Assembly: GCA_963708295.1 (NCBI GenBank)
Contig: CAVPSJ010000020.1
Coordinates: forward strand, 1-64,000
Direction: 5' to 3'
Source: an uncultured delta proteobacterium
GTDB lineage: Bacteria; Desulfobacterota; BSN033; UBA1163
Length of the DNA stretch: 64,000 bases
Under the pieces are notes generated by a model. That model saw only the letters and a program-made list of their open reading frames with translations, was not told the DNA's origin and ran no database searches. The stretch's first letter is position 1; every line of letters starts with the position of its first letter. This document shows, in pieces, positions 40,368 to 51,647 of this stretch. Position numbers and translations under genes: made by a program.

Positions 40368-41141
40368 ATGGAAAGAAAGAAATTCATCTATCTGTTTCTC
40401 TTAGGTGCCTTTTTTCTTGTTTCTTCTTCATGTCACCCCCGGCGTGTTTCAGACATTAAACCGAACATGACCAGAGAGGAAGTGGCCTCCTTATGGGGGA
40501 AAACACCTCTGATCGCCCATAAAACGGCTGACGGGAAGGCCGTCGAGATTTGGGAGTATCATTTTTCAAACTCCGATTCGATCTGTTGGGTCACCTTTTC
40601 TCAAGATAGAGTCACGACGACCCAATGTCGTCCTCAGCGGGTTGGAACGTACTGGAGTTCTTCACAGCCTGGGGAGAGCAAAGTGGAACCTCCTTTAAGT
40701 GAGCGGAGTTTGGTACGGGAGGGTTACTTTGCAGTGGAGCTGGCTGAGGTTCTAAAGATAGGAGAGGTTAAAAACGAGGCGGAGGCGGAGAGCAAGTTGG
40801 CTTCGGCCGGTATTGCGCCCAAGAACGGATGGATTGCAGATTACCCTTTGACACCCAGGATCATCGGGGAGTTGGAAAATGCCGTTGGAGAGGCTGCGGA
40901 TTCGGGCAAAATAACGATGAATCGTGAGGAGGCCGTCAGGGCGTTTCAGGACCTGACCGCAAGCCTCGAGAGTCAGAATGCCGGAGTTGAAACGGCGCCT
41001 GACAGGGAACCCTATCCTGAACCCTATGTTTACCCCAGGTTCCGTTATTACCCCTACTCCTATCCCTATCCATACCCCTACCCATACCCCTTCGGGGGTA
41101 CCTACCGTTTTTACTACCCCCACCGCAGGCATTGGAGGTAG
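40368..41141 (+). CDS. Hypothetical lipoprotein with Tyr/Pro-rich tail
   Basis: SD AAGGAG, lipobox-like SSSC, SmpA/OmlA-like N-terminus (MTREEV..WG..WEY), YPYPYPYP tail. Confidence 0.7.
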   Translation: MERKKFIYLFLLGAFFLVSSSCHPRRVSDIKPNMTREEVASLWGKTPLIAHKTADGKAVEIWEYHFSNSDSICWVTFSQDRVTTTQCRPQRVGTYWSSSQPGESKVEPPLSERSLVREGYFAVELAEVLKIGEVKNEAEAESKLASAGIAPKNGWIADYPLTPRIIGELENAVGEAADSGKITMNREEAVRAFQDLTASLESQNAGVETAPDREPYPEPYVYPRFRYYPYSYPYPYPYPYPFGGTYRFYYPHRRHWR

Positions 41142-41183
41142 CAAGGGGCTCTGCTTTTTTGAGCGTCTTCTTGTCAGGAAGGA

Positions 41184-42953
41184 TTACTCTGAAATATTGT
41201 GGGGGAGCGGTTCTGTCTTAACGGCTGGGAGGATGAAGTGAAAGGTCGCTCCCTTCCCCACTTCCGATTCCACCCAGATGCGTCCTCCGTGGCGTTCCAC
41301 AATCTTTTTGCAGATCGCCAATCCGATGCCGGTACCGGCATACTCCTGCCGGCTGTGAAGCCGCTGAAAGATGACGAAGATGCGCTCGGCGTACTCCGCG
41401 GCAATGCCAATGCCGTTGTCCCTTACGGAAAAGGTCCAGCCGTTGCCGTTTCGGCTGGCCGAGATGTGAATGCGGGGTGGCTCGTTGCCCCGGAACTTGA
41501 CGGCGTTTCCGATCAGGTTTTGGAACAGCTGCCCGAGCTGGGGGCGGTCAGCCATCACCATCGGGAGAGGGTCGTGGGTGACCAGGGCCCCATTTTCTTC
41601 GATGGTGACCTTCAGGTCGTCGACGGACTGGGCGAGGACCTCTCGGGAGTCGGTGGGGGAAAATTCCTTGCCTTGCGTTCCCACGCGGGAGTAGGCCAGC
41701 AGGTCATTGATCAGCTTCCACATGCGGATGGCCCCGTCCGCAGCGAAGCGGATGAACTCGTCGGCGTCGGAATCGAGCTTACCTTCGTATCGCTTGGACA
41801 GCAGCTGGACATAACTCGTCACCGTGCGCAGCGGTTCCTGAAGGTCATGGGAGGCCACATAGGCAAATTGCTCCAGGTCTTCATTCGACCGGGCCAGTTC
41901 CTCGGTTTTCTTTTTCAGGGCCTTCTCCACCCCTTTGCGCTCGGTGATATCGTGCGCAATCGCTCGCACCACGGGCGAGATAACACCTTCCGTACGGAGC
42001 GTATTGTGGTATTCCCAGATGCGGTATTCACCATCGGCGGTCCGAATCCGGAAGAGCCCTTTAGCGACACGGTACTTCTGGATCGTATCAAGGTATGCGG
42101 CGAATTCGTCCCCGGACCGAGCTTCTAACAAATCTCGAATATTCTTGTTCAGAAGGTCTCTCTTGTTGTACCCAAGAAGTTTTACGCCCTCCTGGTTTAC
42201 GGAGAGAATCTGACCTTGGAGGTCATGCGTGCAGATCAAGTATTGGCTGCGCTCTACCAGGTCTCGATAGAGGTCTTCGCTCTCGCGAAGGGCATCTTCC
42301 GTCTGCTTGCGCTCCTTCATCTGTGTGATCAGCTGCTCGTAAGCCTGCCGATAGCGATTCTCGGATTCTTTAAGGCTCCGCTGATGATTGAGCAATCTCT
42401 GCTGGGCGTGGCGGAATCCGTGTTCCAGAAAGACGGCGATCAAACCTACCACAAAAAGTGATATGAGAAATCGATATTTCAGCTCCTGAATTTCAAATGA
42501 GGGGATTGTTTGAAAATCAAAATGAAGGATGAAAAAAGCCAGAATGCCGTAGAAGACGGACACCCAGATCAGTCCCTCGGTCAAACCGACTGCAAAGAAG
42601 ACCAGGAGAGGGTAAATATAGCACCATCCGATTCGACTGAAACTCGATTGAAAGCCGATCTCGTAGAGAAGGGTAATGCCAACCGCTGCAATGAACAGCC
42701 TAAAAGAAACGGAGTAGATCTTATATTCCAGTTTCTCGTCGGCTCTCCTCCTGATGACAAAGCCAAGGAAGATGACGATCAGAAGCATGGCCCAATTCAA
42801 AAGAGCTACGAAGTAATTGCCTTTGATGAGATTGTACAGGATCATTCCGCATACAAGAGGGATTCCGAGGTAAACGCTGATTCTCACCGTAGACCGCTTC
42901 CGGTGCTTCAACAATTTGAATTGATCCATGTCGGGAACGTTAGGATCTGTCAT
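41184..42953 (-). CDS. Membrane PAS-domain sensor histidine kinase (start uncertain)
   Basis: TM region, PAS domain, H-box FAYVASHDLQEPLR, NLIGNAVKF, DNGIGI, GTGIGLAIC. Confidence 0.9.
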   Translation of the reverse strand: MTDPNVPDMDQFKLLKHRKRSTVRISVYLGIPLVCGMILYNLIKGNYFVALLNWAMLLIVIFLGFVIRRRADEKLEYKIYSVSFRLFIAAVGITLLYEIGFQSSFSRIGWCYIYPLLVFFAVGLTEGLIWVSVFYGILAFFILHFDFQTIPSFEIQELKYRFLISLFVVGLIAVFLEHGFRHAQQRLLNHQRSLKESENRYRQAYEQLITQMKERKQTEDALRESEDLYRDLVERSQYLICTHDLQGQILSVNQEGVKLLGYNKRDLLNKNIRDLLEARSGDEFAAYLDTIQKYRVAKGLFRIRTADGEYRIWEYHNTLRTEGVISPVVRAIAHDITERKGVEKALKKKTEELARSNEDLEQFAYVASHDLQEPLRTVTSYVQLLSKRYEGKLDSDADEFIRFAADGAIRMWKLINDLLAYSRVGTQGKEFSPTDSREVLAQSVDDLKVTIEENGALVTHDPLPMVMADRPQLGQLFQNLIGNAVKFRGNEPPRIHISASRNGNGWTFSVRDNGIGIAAEYAERIFVIFQRLHSRQEYAGTGIGLAICKKIVERHGGRIWVESEVGKGATFHFILPAVKTEPLPHNISE

Positions 42954-43186
42954 ACGAATGTTTTGTCCTTTGAGACGGTCAAGACCGTTCCTGAACAGCA
43001 AAAACTCTTAACTTCTATCTTCCATGGATGCAAGAAAGCCGTGGTTCATTGAGATAGACCACAGCCCCCTTCATTTTGATTCCCAATGGCTCAGCAACAT
43101 AGCGGTTTCTGAAGAGTTTTCCATCGCACGATCACCTGGAGTTTGTTTTTGTCGTGAAATACTCATAAGAAACCTATTTTATAGCC

Positions 43187-43203
43187 AGCAATTCTAGTGC
43201 CGA
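43187..43203 (-). promoter_or_regulatory. Sigma-54 promoter facing the histidine kinase gene
   Basis: Minus strand TCGGCACTAGAATTGCT = GG-N10-GC. Confidence 0.6.
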
Positions 43204-43546
43204 AACTGAAAAAGTCTCAAAATTGTTGGATATTACAGCATTTTTAGAAAAATGAGGATTCTGGGCAGGGTTGACGAAGTGCCCTTTTTTGTCGCTAAAC
43301 GATCCTCGTTTAGTGGGGGCGTTAAGATTCGCCAAAGGAACCGGAGAATTACGGATGGCCCTTTTTCAATAACTTCCACTTCTTTAAACCTCAAAAATGG
43401 TTTATATTAAAACCTAAAATGGAAGGTGAGAGGCGGGATTATTGGCACACGATCAAATTTGCTTTAGGGAGCGCATCGATGCCCTCCTCACAATACGAGG
43501 AAGGGAAAATGGAAGGGGCCATCCCATCGGCGAGGAGGTATAAGGC

Positions 43547-44305
43547 ATGAGCATCGTTCGAAAGGTTGCTGTCGTTACGGGAGCGGGAACCGGAATCGGG
43601 AAAGGTACGGCCTTGGCTCTTTTGCGAGAAGGGTATTCGGTTGTCCTAGCCGGGCGCCGTGCGGAGCCTTTGGAAATGGCGGTGAGAGAGGCTGGGCCGT
43701 GTGGATCGGAAGCACGGGCCGTACCTACCGATATAAGTGAACCCGCCTCGGTCCATAGGCTGTTTATGAAGACAAAGGAGATCTTCTCCCGGCTCGACCT
43801 GTTGTTTAACAATGCGGGAACCGGCGCGCCCCCCATCCCTCTGGAAGATCTGACCTATGAGCAATGGAGATCGGTTGTAGACGTCAATCTGACCGGAGCA
43901 TTTCTGTGCACCCAGGAAGCCTTCAAGCTGATGAAGAGCCAGACTCCCCGCGGAGGGCGCATCATCAATAACGGATCCATCTCCGCTCACGCGCCGCGGC
44001 CGAACTCTGCTCCGTATACGGCCACCAAGCATGCGATCACAGGTCTTACCAAGGCAACGGCTCTTGACGGGCGCAAGTACGATATTGCGTGCGGCCAGAT
44101 CGATATCGGCAACGCTGGGACCGAGATGGCTCTACCGATGAGAGCCGGCATTCTGCAGGCCAGCGGCATGATTGCGGTTGAACCGACGATGGATGTCGAG
44201 CATGTCGCCAGTGCAGTGGTCTACATGGCCAGCCTGCCGCTGGATGCGAACGTACAATTCATGACCATCATGGCGACCAAGATGCCTTTTATCGGGCGAG
44301 GATGA
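43547..44305 (+). CDS. SDR-family oxidoreductase
   Basis: [17 protein letters not shown]. Confidence 0.92.
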   Translation: MSIVRKVAVVTGAGTGIGKGTALALLREGYSVVLAGRRAEPLEMAVREAGPCGSEARAVPTDISEPASVHRLFMKTKEIFSRLDLLFNNAGTGAPPIPLEDLTYEQWRSVVDVNLTGAFLCTQEAFKLMKSQTPRGGRIINNGSISAHAPRPNSAPYTATKHAITGLTKATALDGRKYDIACGQIDIGNAGTEMALPMRAGILQASGMIAVEPTMDVEHVASAVVYMASLPLDANVQFMTIMATKMPFIGRG

Positions 44306-44332
44306 CCGGGAGAGGAGTAGCGCAGATACCCC

Positions 44333-44614
44333 ATGGTGTGGATCGTCTTAGGAGTCCTCGCGGCTTCATTGACCATGTTCGGGTTTGTCCCGCAAATCAT
44401 CAAGATGTGGAAAACCCACTCGGCCAAGGATGTGAGCGGACTCACCCTCATCCAATTTGGTGTCGGGGTTACGCTATGGATGTTGTACGGAATCCATCGC
44501 AAAGATTTTATTATCATCGGCGCCAACGCCGTATCCTTAGCGACTCTCCTCATCGCGTTAGGATATTATGTCAAGCTCAATCGGAGGACTCAAGCCAAGA
44601 GGAAAGGAGAATGA
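44333..44614 (+). CDS. SemiSWEET / PQ-loop transporter
   Basis: FVPQIIK..K..SAKDVS, LWMLYG, AN; 3 TM helices. Confidence 0.88.
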   Translation: MVWIVLGVLAASLTMFGFVPQIIKMWKTHSAKDVSGLTLIQFGVGVTLWMLYGIHRKDFIIIGANAVSLATLLIALGYYVKLNRRTQAKRKGE

Positions 44615-44724
44615 GGTCGAGGGGTCGGTTTTTCATTCGGCTGTCTTGGCCCAACCTGGATAACAGGTTATATTAATTCATTCCTTTCGGGCGGGGAAAA
44701 CCTTTGGCGGTCAGAAGAAAGAAG

Positions 44725-45351
44725 ATGAAAAAGATTGGAAGATTCCACGTACTGACCGACACGTGTCTTCAAGCCCAATTTTCCCACCTGGAGCTTGCTC
44801 AGCTTGCTATCGCCGGCGGGGCGGATACGATCCAGTTACGCGAAAAGGCTGCGGAGACAAGGGAGATGATCCGTGTGGCCGAGCAGATACAGGCCCTCTG
44901 CAAGCGAGCCGGCGTCACCTTTATTGTCAATGACCGGGTGGACGTGGCCATCGCTTCTCGTGCCGATGGTGTTCATCTGGGGCAGAACGATTTCCCGATC
45001 CCCCTTGCCAGAACCCTCCTGGGGGAGGGGGCCATCATCGGCGGTTCGGCAGGAAACATGGAAGAGGCCCGGAAGTGCCTCTTGGAAGGTGCGGATTACA
45101 TCGGTTTCGGCCCTGTCTACCTCACGACCTCCAAAGAAGATGCAGGCCCAGCGAGCGGGCTTGACCTCCTGAAACAGGTCGTCGAAGAGATCCCCCTGCC
45201 TATCGTTGCCATCGGTGGTATCACGAGAGAGAATGCGTCACGGGTGATCCAGGCAGGAGGCCATGGAATTGCCGTGATCTCTGCTGTCTGCTGTCAAAAA
45301 GATCCTGCGGAGGCAGCCCAATGCCTGCGCCGCTTGCTGGAGGGCGATTGA
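44725..45351 (+). CDS. thiE: Thiamine-phosphate synthase
   Basis: QLREK, NDRVD, DGVHLGQND, GPVY.TTSK, AIGGI. Confidence 0.93.
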   Translation: MKKIGRFHVLTDTCLQAQFSHLELAQLAIAGGADTIQLREKAAETREMIRVAEQIQALCKRAGVTFIVNDRVDVAIASRADGVHLGQNDFPIPLARTLLGEGAIIGGSAGNMEEARKCLLEGADYIGFGPVYLTTSKEDAGPASGLDLLKQVVEEIPLPIVAIGGITRENASRVIQAGGHGIAVISAVCCQKDPAEAAQCLRRLLEGD

Positions 45352-46395
45352 ATGCCTGAGAAGGTGGGGGATATCGGGGAGTTCGGGCTTATTCGGAGAA
45401 TCGACCATCTCCTGATTCATGAGGGTATTCGTTCTGAACGGGTGACCCTTGGAATCGGCGATGATACGGCCTCCTTTCTTCCACGCCCCGGGTATGAGGT
45501 TTTGGTTACGTGTGATTCCGTAGTGGAAGGCCGTCACTACTTGCCCGGAAAGATCAGTCCCTTGGATCTGGGGAGGCGGGCGATGGACCTAAATATCAGC
45601 GACATCGGAGCCATGGGAGGAAGGCCTCTCTATGCCCTCATTTCACTCGGACTGAGAGCGGATGTCCCTGTCCAGGATGTCGAAGAGATGTATCGCGGCT
45701 TTCTCAGGGAGCTAAACCCTTTTGACGCTTCTATCATCGGCGGAAACCTCACCCAATCCGGGGATGGGATGTTCATCGATATTACCTTGATCGGCGAGGT
45801 GGAGCAGGGAAAAGGAGTGCGACGTTCCGGGGCAAGACCGGGAGATGTCATCTGGGTTACCGGATATCCGGGCCAGGCGGCTGCGGGTCTGCAGCTCTTA
45901 CTTCGTGCACCGGAGGACTCACAGATATTAGGACATCCTTTGGTCAAGATTTATACCAACCCCTCCCATCGAGCTCGGGTGGGGGAGGCGATCGCAAAAG
46001 CCGGGCACGCTACAGCCATGATCGACACGAGCGATGGATTTCTAGGAGATCTGGGGCATATCTGCGAAGAAAGCAGGGTAGGGGCAGAATTATTCAAAGA
46101 GAAACTTCCTTTGAGTGACGATCTCCGCGAGGCGGCTCTGATGCTTCACCAAGACCCCTATGACTTCTTCCTGGGGGACAGTGATGATTATGAGCTGGTG
46201 ATCACCTGCCGGCCCGAGGGTGCGGCCCCGCTTCGTTCCGTTGTTTCCCGGTGCTGTCCTGTGTTGTTGACAGAGGTCGGAAGGATCACGGAGACGGTGG
46301 GCAACATCGTGCTGCTCCTCCCGGACGGGGACCGACGCTCGATCAACCGTTCGGGATGGGATCATTTTCGACTCATCGGCGGGGCTGGGGGTTGA
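45352..46395 (+). CDS. thiL: Thiamine-monophosphate kinase
   Basis: GEFGLI, GIGDDTA, NISDIGAMG, DTSDG, DDYEL, GWDHF. Confidence 0.93.
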   Translation: MPEKVGDIGEFGLIRRIDHLLIHEGIRSERVTLGIGDDTASFLPRPGYEVLVTCDSVVEGRHYLPGKISPLDLGRRAMDLNISDIGAMGGRPLYALISLGLRADVPVQDVEEMYRGFLRELNPFDASIIGGNLTQSGDGMFIDITLIGEVEQGKGVRRSGARPGDVIWVTGYPGQAAAGLQLLLRAPEDSQILGHPLVKIYTNPSHRARVGEAIAKAGHATAMIDTSDGFLGDLGHICEESRVGAELFKEKLPLSDDLREAALMLHQDPYDFFLGDSDDYELVITCRPEGAAPLRSVVSRCCPVLLTEVGRITETVGNIVLLLPDGDRRSINRSGWDHFRLIGGAGG

Positions 46396-46457
46396 GGGTT
46401 CAAGGACGTCTTTTCAGAGGGTAGAGGTTGACCAAAATTCGGAGAGGAAAGAAGAAG

Positions 46458-47270
46458 ATGTTCAACGAAACGATGGCTCAGAAGGCGGCTGAGAATTTGA
46501 AGCTTGTTCGCGAGAAAAGACCGCTCGTCCACAACATCACGAATTATGTCGTCATGAACTATACTGCGAATGCGCTCCTGGCCTGTGGCGCATCCCCGGT
46601 CATGGCCCATGCATCGGAAGAGGTGGAGGAGATGGTTTCCCTGGCAGGCGCATTGGTGCTCAATATTGGGACGCTGAGCCCTCCCTGGGTGGAGGCGATG
46701 CGAAGGGCCGGGAAACGGGCGAACGCGCTCCATGTCCCGGTGATTCTTGATCCGGTGGGCGCCGGGGCAACCCGGCTCCGCACCGATTCTGCAAAGCGGC
46801 TGATTGAAGAGGTTTCGATTCAGGTGATTCGAGGGAACGCTTCGGAGATCCTTTCTCTGGCCGGAGAAAAATCATCCGTTCGCACAAAGGGGGTTGATTC
46901 CGTACACACCGTGGACCAGGTTTCGGAGACGGCGGGAGTTCTTGCCAAGGAGCTCAGGACGACGCTTGCCATCACCGGCCCGGTGGATTTGATCACCGAC
47001 GGCGAGCGGGTCTGCCGCGTGATGAACGGACATGAGATGATGAGTCGCATGACAGGAGCGGGCTGTACCGCGACGGTGGTGATTGGTGCATTTCTCGCCG
47101 TTTGCCCCGACCCTCTGGAGGCAGCGACCACAGGCCTTTCCTATTTTGGCCTGGCGGGCGAAAAGGCCGCGACCAGCGCCATGGGGCCTGGCAGCTTCCA
47201 GATCGCGCTCCTGGACGCCCTCTTTGGGATGAAGGAAGATGAACTCAGGGCGGGAGCTAAAATTGAATAG
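46458..47270 (+). CDS. thiM: Hydroxyethylthiazole kinase
   Basis: PLVHNITNYV, GASPVMA, LDPVGAG, RGNASE, TGAGC. Confidence 0.93.
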   Translation: MFNETMAQKAAENLKLVREKRPLVHNITNYVVMNYTANALLACGASPVMAHASEEVEEMVSLAGALVLNIGTLSPPWVEAMRRAGKRANALHVPVILDPVGAGATRLRTDSAKRLIEEVSIQVIRGNASEILSLAGEKSSVRTKGVDSVHTVDQVSETAGVLAKELRTTLAITGPVDLITDGERVCRVMNGHEMMSRMTGAGCTATVVIGAFLAVCPDPLEAATTGLSYFGLAGEKAATSAMGPGSFQIALLDALFGMKEDELRAGAKIE

Positions 47271-47423
47271 GAGCGCCTCCCGCTCGTTCTTCGTTCGAGA
47301 GGCAAGAGGACCCGCCTGCCTCTTCTTGCCTCCATCCTGCAAGGCAGGGGGAACGCGCAGCCAGGCGAAATCTCTTGTAGGGGACGCATATATGCGTCCC
47401 CTATGGCGATTGCCAGCAGCCTG

Positions 47424-48236
47424 TTAATTCCTCGGATATCCTGGCGGATAGGGCGCATATTCATCTTCATCCCACAGCCTGTTTTCAGGTTCCTGCCTGC
47501 AATTAAGAATTCCTTTCCTGCACAGGACCTCACGCCATTCGTACTTGACGAGGGTTTTCTGGGCCGGCATGAGATCGGGCTCGAAGGCGACTCGGGTGAC
47601 GGGCGAATATTGTTCGTCGCCGAAGCCAGTGCCGGCGCTCTCATCCTTGGCACCTCCCGCTTTGCCCTTTGCGGAGCTCCCGGCTGAGGGCGTTGAAGGT
47701 GTGTTGCCCCGCCTCTTCTGCTCGTACAAGAGCTTTGGTTGTTCTTTTTCCCGGTAGATTGCGACGGCGATGACGCCCATGGCAGTGGAGTCGCTGAAGG
47801 TTCTCATCGTATAGGAGTCGGCTGTGTCGGTGAAATAAAATTTGTGTACCTTATCCCCGGCGGTCCGCCACCCGTCATATTTTCCATGCTCGTAGCCGTT
47901 CACAATGTACATGTCTTCGCTGTTCTTCAAGTCCGATTTTTTGCCTGAAATGATGTTTCTGCCGTCAACGGCGATGACTGCGCCGATCCGGTCGGGTGTC
48001 ATGTTGCGTATGACAATGCCGTAGTTCTCCCCCCGTCTTGCCTCCAGGTACTTCTTGATGACGGTGGTCCCTCCTTTCGAAAAATCCTTGTGCGGGAGGG
48101 TCAGGAAGTTGCTCCCTTTTTCCGAGACAATCTCGATGCTCACCTCCCCCCTTAACCCGCCTCCGATATGGCCGCCCGCGGGCAGTGCCGCTGTCATGAG
48201 GACGACTGCAATGATGGATCCCAATAAGTAGCGCAT
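47424..48236 (-). CDS. Conserved exported hypothetical protein
   Basis: SD AAGGAGG, signal peptide, VIAVDGRNIISG, GWR, GTGFG. Confidence 0.7.
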   Translation of the reverse strand: MRYLLGSIIAVVLMTAALPAGGHIGGGLRGEVSIEIVSEKGSNFLTLPHKDFSKGGTTVIKKYLEARRGENYGIVIRNMTPDRIGAVIAVDGRNIISGKKSDLKNSEDMYIVNGYEHGKYDGWRTAGDKVHKFYFTDTADSYTMRTFSDSTAMGVIAVAIYREKEQPKLLYEQKRRGNTPSTPSAGSSAKGKAGGAKDESAGTGFGDEQYSPVTRVAFEPDLMPAQKTLVKYEWREVLCRKGILNCRQEPENRLWDEDEYAPYPPGYPRN

Positions 48237-48262
48237 GGTGCTCCTCCTTTCTGTTTGATCTT

Positions 48263-48499
48263 TAGCAGATTGGTGAAAAATGGCCATCTGCTGCGTTTCC
48301 CTCATCCTTCCCCGTGTCAAGCACGGGGCAGGCTTATTGCAGCGTACAGCCAAGTACGCCTCAAGCCGACTCACCAACTCGTCGGCGTGGCAAGATGTCG
48401 CTCCTTACTCGTCGCGACGCCACTCTCAGGATTTCGGGGGCCTTGCATCTGGCCCTTTTTGAGCAATCTGGAAAAGATGGCGTTTTCAGCAGACTGTTA
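48263..48499. mobile_element. MITE-like element, copy 2, with nested palindromic inserts
   Basis: Imperfect terminal inverted repeats TAGCAGATTGGTGAAAA and TTTTCAGCAGACTGTTA; no transposase. Confidence 0.65.
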
Positions 48500-48635
48500 G
48501 TCCAATAGACAACAGAGACCCTGAAAAAGTTCCCGTCCCCCTCTCCTTTGCCTGGAGTTCTTTGCTTTAATTTTCGGGTTTTGAATGTTAGGATTAATGA
48601 CAAGAGTTATTTCTCTAAGAGAGGAGGAGATTGCG

Positions 48636-49223
48636 ATGTCTTTAGTTGGCAGGCCTGCCCCGGATTTTGAGCTGGAAGGCTATTTTAACGGGCAATTCAG
48701 CAAATACAAGTTGTCGGATGACAGAAGGAAATGGGTCCTTCTTCTTTTCTATCCGCTCGATTTCACCTTTGTCTGTCCCACCGAAGTGCTCAACTTTTCT
48801 GCAGCGGCTGAGAATCTCGCCAAACTCAATTGTCAGATTTTCGGCATCTCCGTGGACTCGATTTATGTCCACAAAGCGTGGGTTGATTCGAAACGCGAGG
48901 ATGGCGGCCTTGGCGGAAGCCTCAACTTTCCGTTGCTCTCCGACCTGAATAAGGTGACGACACGAGACTATGGCATCCTCATGGAGGCGGAGGGAGTGGC
49001 CCTTCGAGGGCTTTTTCTGATTAGCCCTGATGGCGTCATCATGCATTCTACCATCAATAGCCTATCGGTGGGGCGCTCCGTCAGCGAAGCGACGCGGGTG
49101 CTAAAAGCCTTCCAATTCGTCAGCATGAACGATGGGCTGGTCTGCCCTGCGGACTGGGAGGAAGGAAAAGATAGCATGGCTGCCAATTCGGATGGGTTGA
49201 AAAAATACCTGGTCAGCCATTAA
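48636..49223 (+). CDS. ahpC: Typical 2-Cys peroxiredoxin
   Basis: FYPLDFTFVCPTE and VCPADW. Confidence 0.93.
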   Translation: MSLVGRPAPDFELEGYFNGQFSKYKLSDDRRKWVLLLFYPLDFTFVCPTEVLNFSAAAENLAKLNCQIFGISVDSIYVHKAWVDSKREDGGLGGSLNFPLLSDLNKVTTRDYGILMEAEGVALRGLFLISPDGVIMHSTINSLSVGRSVSEATRVLKAFQFVSMNDGLVCPADWEEGKDSMAANSDGLKKYLVSH

Positions 49224-49263
49224 AAAGGCAAGGGTCGCGGTGAATTTGCGCGATGCGGGACGC

Positions 49264-51370
49264 TTATTGAGCATCGGTTAGAATGATCCGGGCATCGACT
49301 GCGATCGCTCCTTTCTCAAGCGCTTTGACAGGATTGATATCCACTCCTCTGATCTCGGGGAAATCTATCATGAGCTGAGAAAGCCTGAGAAGGTTCTCAA
49401 CCAATCCACCGATATCGAGAGGCTTTTGTCCTCGGACCCCTTTGAGGATGCTTGACGTCTTCAACTCTGAAATCATCTCCTCTGCCTCGGACCGATTGAT
49501 CGGAGCCACCCGGAGAGAAGTCTCCTTGAAGACCTCCACATAAATTCCCCCCAGCCCGAAGAGAACCACCGGACCAAAAGAAGGGTCTCGTTTTGCCCCT
49601 AAGATCACTTCTCTACCCTGTGAGATCATCTTCTGAACGAGAATACCGGATGGATCTCCATCTGCCAGTCGTTGGATCTCTTGGTACGCCTCCTCTGCCT
49701 CCGGGAGGCTGCTAACATTAAGAATGACTCCCCCCATGTCAGACTTATGTGAGATCTTGGGAGAGATGATTTTGAGGGCAACGGGTCCTTCGATCTGGCC
49801 CATCGCCTTTTTTAAATCCTCTTTTCGATCAACTACCCGGTAATCCGCCACCGGGATGCCGTAGGCCTGGAGCACCTCGAAGGCCTCGGGGAGGAGGAGA
49901 TCTCTCTTCTCTCCTCTTGCTTTTTGAAGGAGGAACTTTGCCCGGACGACTTCCACAGGATAGAGAGGGGGTTTTTCTCTTAAAATGTTTTGCTTCCGAT
50001 AGTGCTCCCTGGAAACAGCCAATGCCCCCAAGGCCTCACTGGGCTCCGTAAAGATCGGGTAGTCGATCGTCCTTTTGACATAGGCCAATTCTTCCTCGTC
50101 GGTAAAATAGCACAGAGCCACTGGTTTTTGATAGCGGAGGGAAAGTTCCTTAACGGCATGAATCAATTTCCGGGAAGGCTCCTTTTCGTCTCCGGCGGCT
50201 CCATGCTGGAAAAGCACCCCATCCACTTCGTTAATTCTCAGGACCTGGTCAAGAATCTTCGTGTAGAGATCAAAATCGAAGAGGTCTCCCAGGTCGAGAG
50301 GGTTGGTGGGCTGGATGACTTTCGCCCTGAAGTAACTGTGAATAAGTCCCGTGAGCTCCTTTGCCAGGGGGAAGGAGTCGGAAGCCATAGCGTTCGGCAG
50401 AATCAGCAGCGACGATGGCAATGCCTCCGGAGCGGGAGAGGGCGATCAGGTTGTTTCCCTTCATGGCAGGAAGGGAGAGGATCTTAACCGCACTCACAAA
50501 GGATCGAAAATCTTTCGTCCGGATGATGTCCGACTGCTTCGTTGCTGCATCCACCACCCGGTCATCGTTTGCCAGGGCCGAGGTATGAAGCTTGGCGATC
50601 TCGTGGCTTCCTTCGCCAATATTGGCTTTATGGAGGATCATCGGTTTAGGAGTGGATCGTGCCAGCTCCATGAGTTCCCTTCCTCTTTCAAGGCTCTCCA
50701 GGTAGAGGCCGATGATTTCGGTCTGCGGGTCCTGGATGAGATAGTTGAGGTAATCCACCTCGTTGAGATCCCGTTTGTTCCCCATGCTCACCACTTTTGC
50801 AATCCCCACATTGGCGCTGGCAAGAAGGTTCAAATAGAGTAAGGATACTCCGCCGCTCTGGGCCAGGACAGAGACTTTCCCTTTGTTGATCACTCGCCCC
50901 TTCAGCTTGACAAAAGGGACGACAAAACCGTTTTCGATATTGATAATTCCGATTCCATTGGGCCCGACCATTCGTATTCCCCACTTTTTCGCGATGCGGT
51001 GGACCTCCTTCTCCAGGGCGGCGCCTTCTTCCGAATATTCGCTAAACCCCCCCGATTCAACGATGGCCCAGCGGATTTTCTTCTTCCCGCAGGCTTCCAA
51101 TATTCCCGGTACGGTTTGAGCCGGGGTGAGGATGACCGCCACATCGATCCCTTCTTTGAGATCTTCGATGGAGGTGCAGAATCTCCTTCCGAAAAGAATT
51201 CCTTCTTTTTGGCCGACCAAAAAGATTTCTCCGTTAAATTGAAATTCGAAGAGGTTTTCGACGATGTTTCGGCTGAGGTTGTTGGGGTTCTCGGAGACGC
51301 CGATCACGACCACCGATTTTGGATAGAAGAGTTGATCCACGTTTTGCCTCCTTTCTATGGAAGAGATCAT
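49264..51370 (-). CDS. ADP-forming acyl/acetate-CoA ligase, fused CoA-binding and ATP-grasp domains (frameshift near 50370)
   Basis: PKSVVVIG, GPNGIG, QSGG, SMGNK, HTSAL, NPLDL, HKSDMGGV, DPSFGP, DINP. Confidence 0.88.
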
Positions 51371-51647
51371 ATCTTGATGATGCGAGGTTTTCAACAAAAA
51401 AGAAGACATTTCTAATTTGGCTTGGCAATCCGGAATGCGGTGGGTGACAAGTCTTCGTTCCGCCGTATCGCCGTTAAGCTTTTCAAATGTCATTCCCTCT
51501 CCGACATACCCCTTCCGGGGTGATATTGGTGACGGTCTCAAACATCTCAAGTGGTGCCCGGGGTGTTTAAGAATACACAGGGTCTTGCCAAAAAATACAG
51601 TGTATACCCCATTGACTTTTCTTCCCATGTGGGTAAATTGCTGTATT

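Noticed and set aside
19379-42128. Long antisense ORFs (e.g. 19379..20401 +, 33267..34364 -, 41199..42128 +)
   Set aside because: They are shadows of well-supported genes on the opposite strand and contain no recognisable motifs.
48255-48603. Cluster of short ORFs, and the long N-terminal extensions of ORFs 37806 and 47424..48377
   Set aside because: They are translations of the MITE-like repeat; the real starts have SD sequences at 37962 and 48236.
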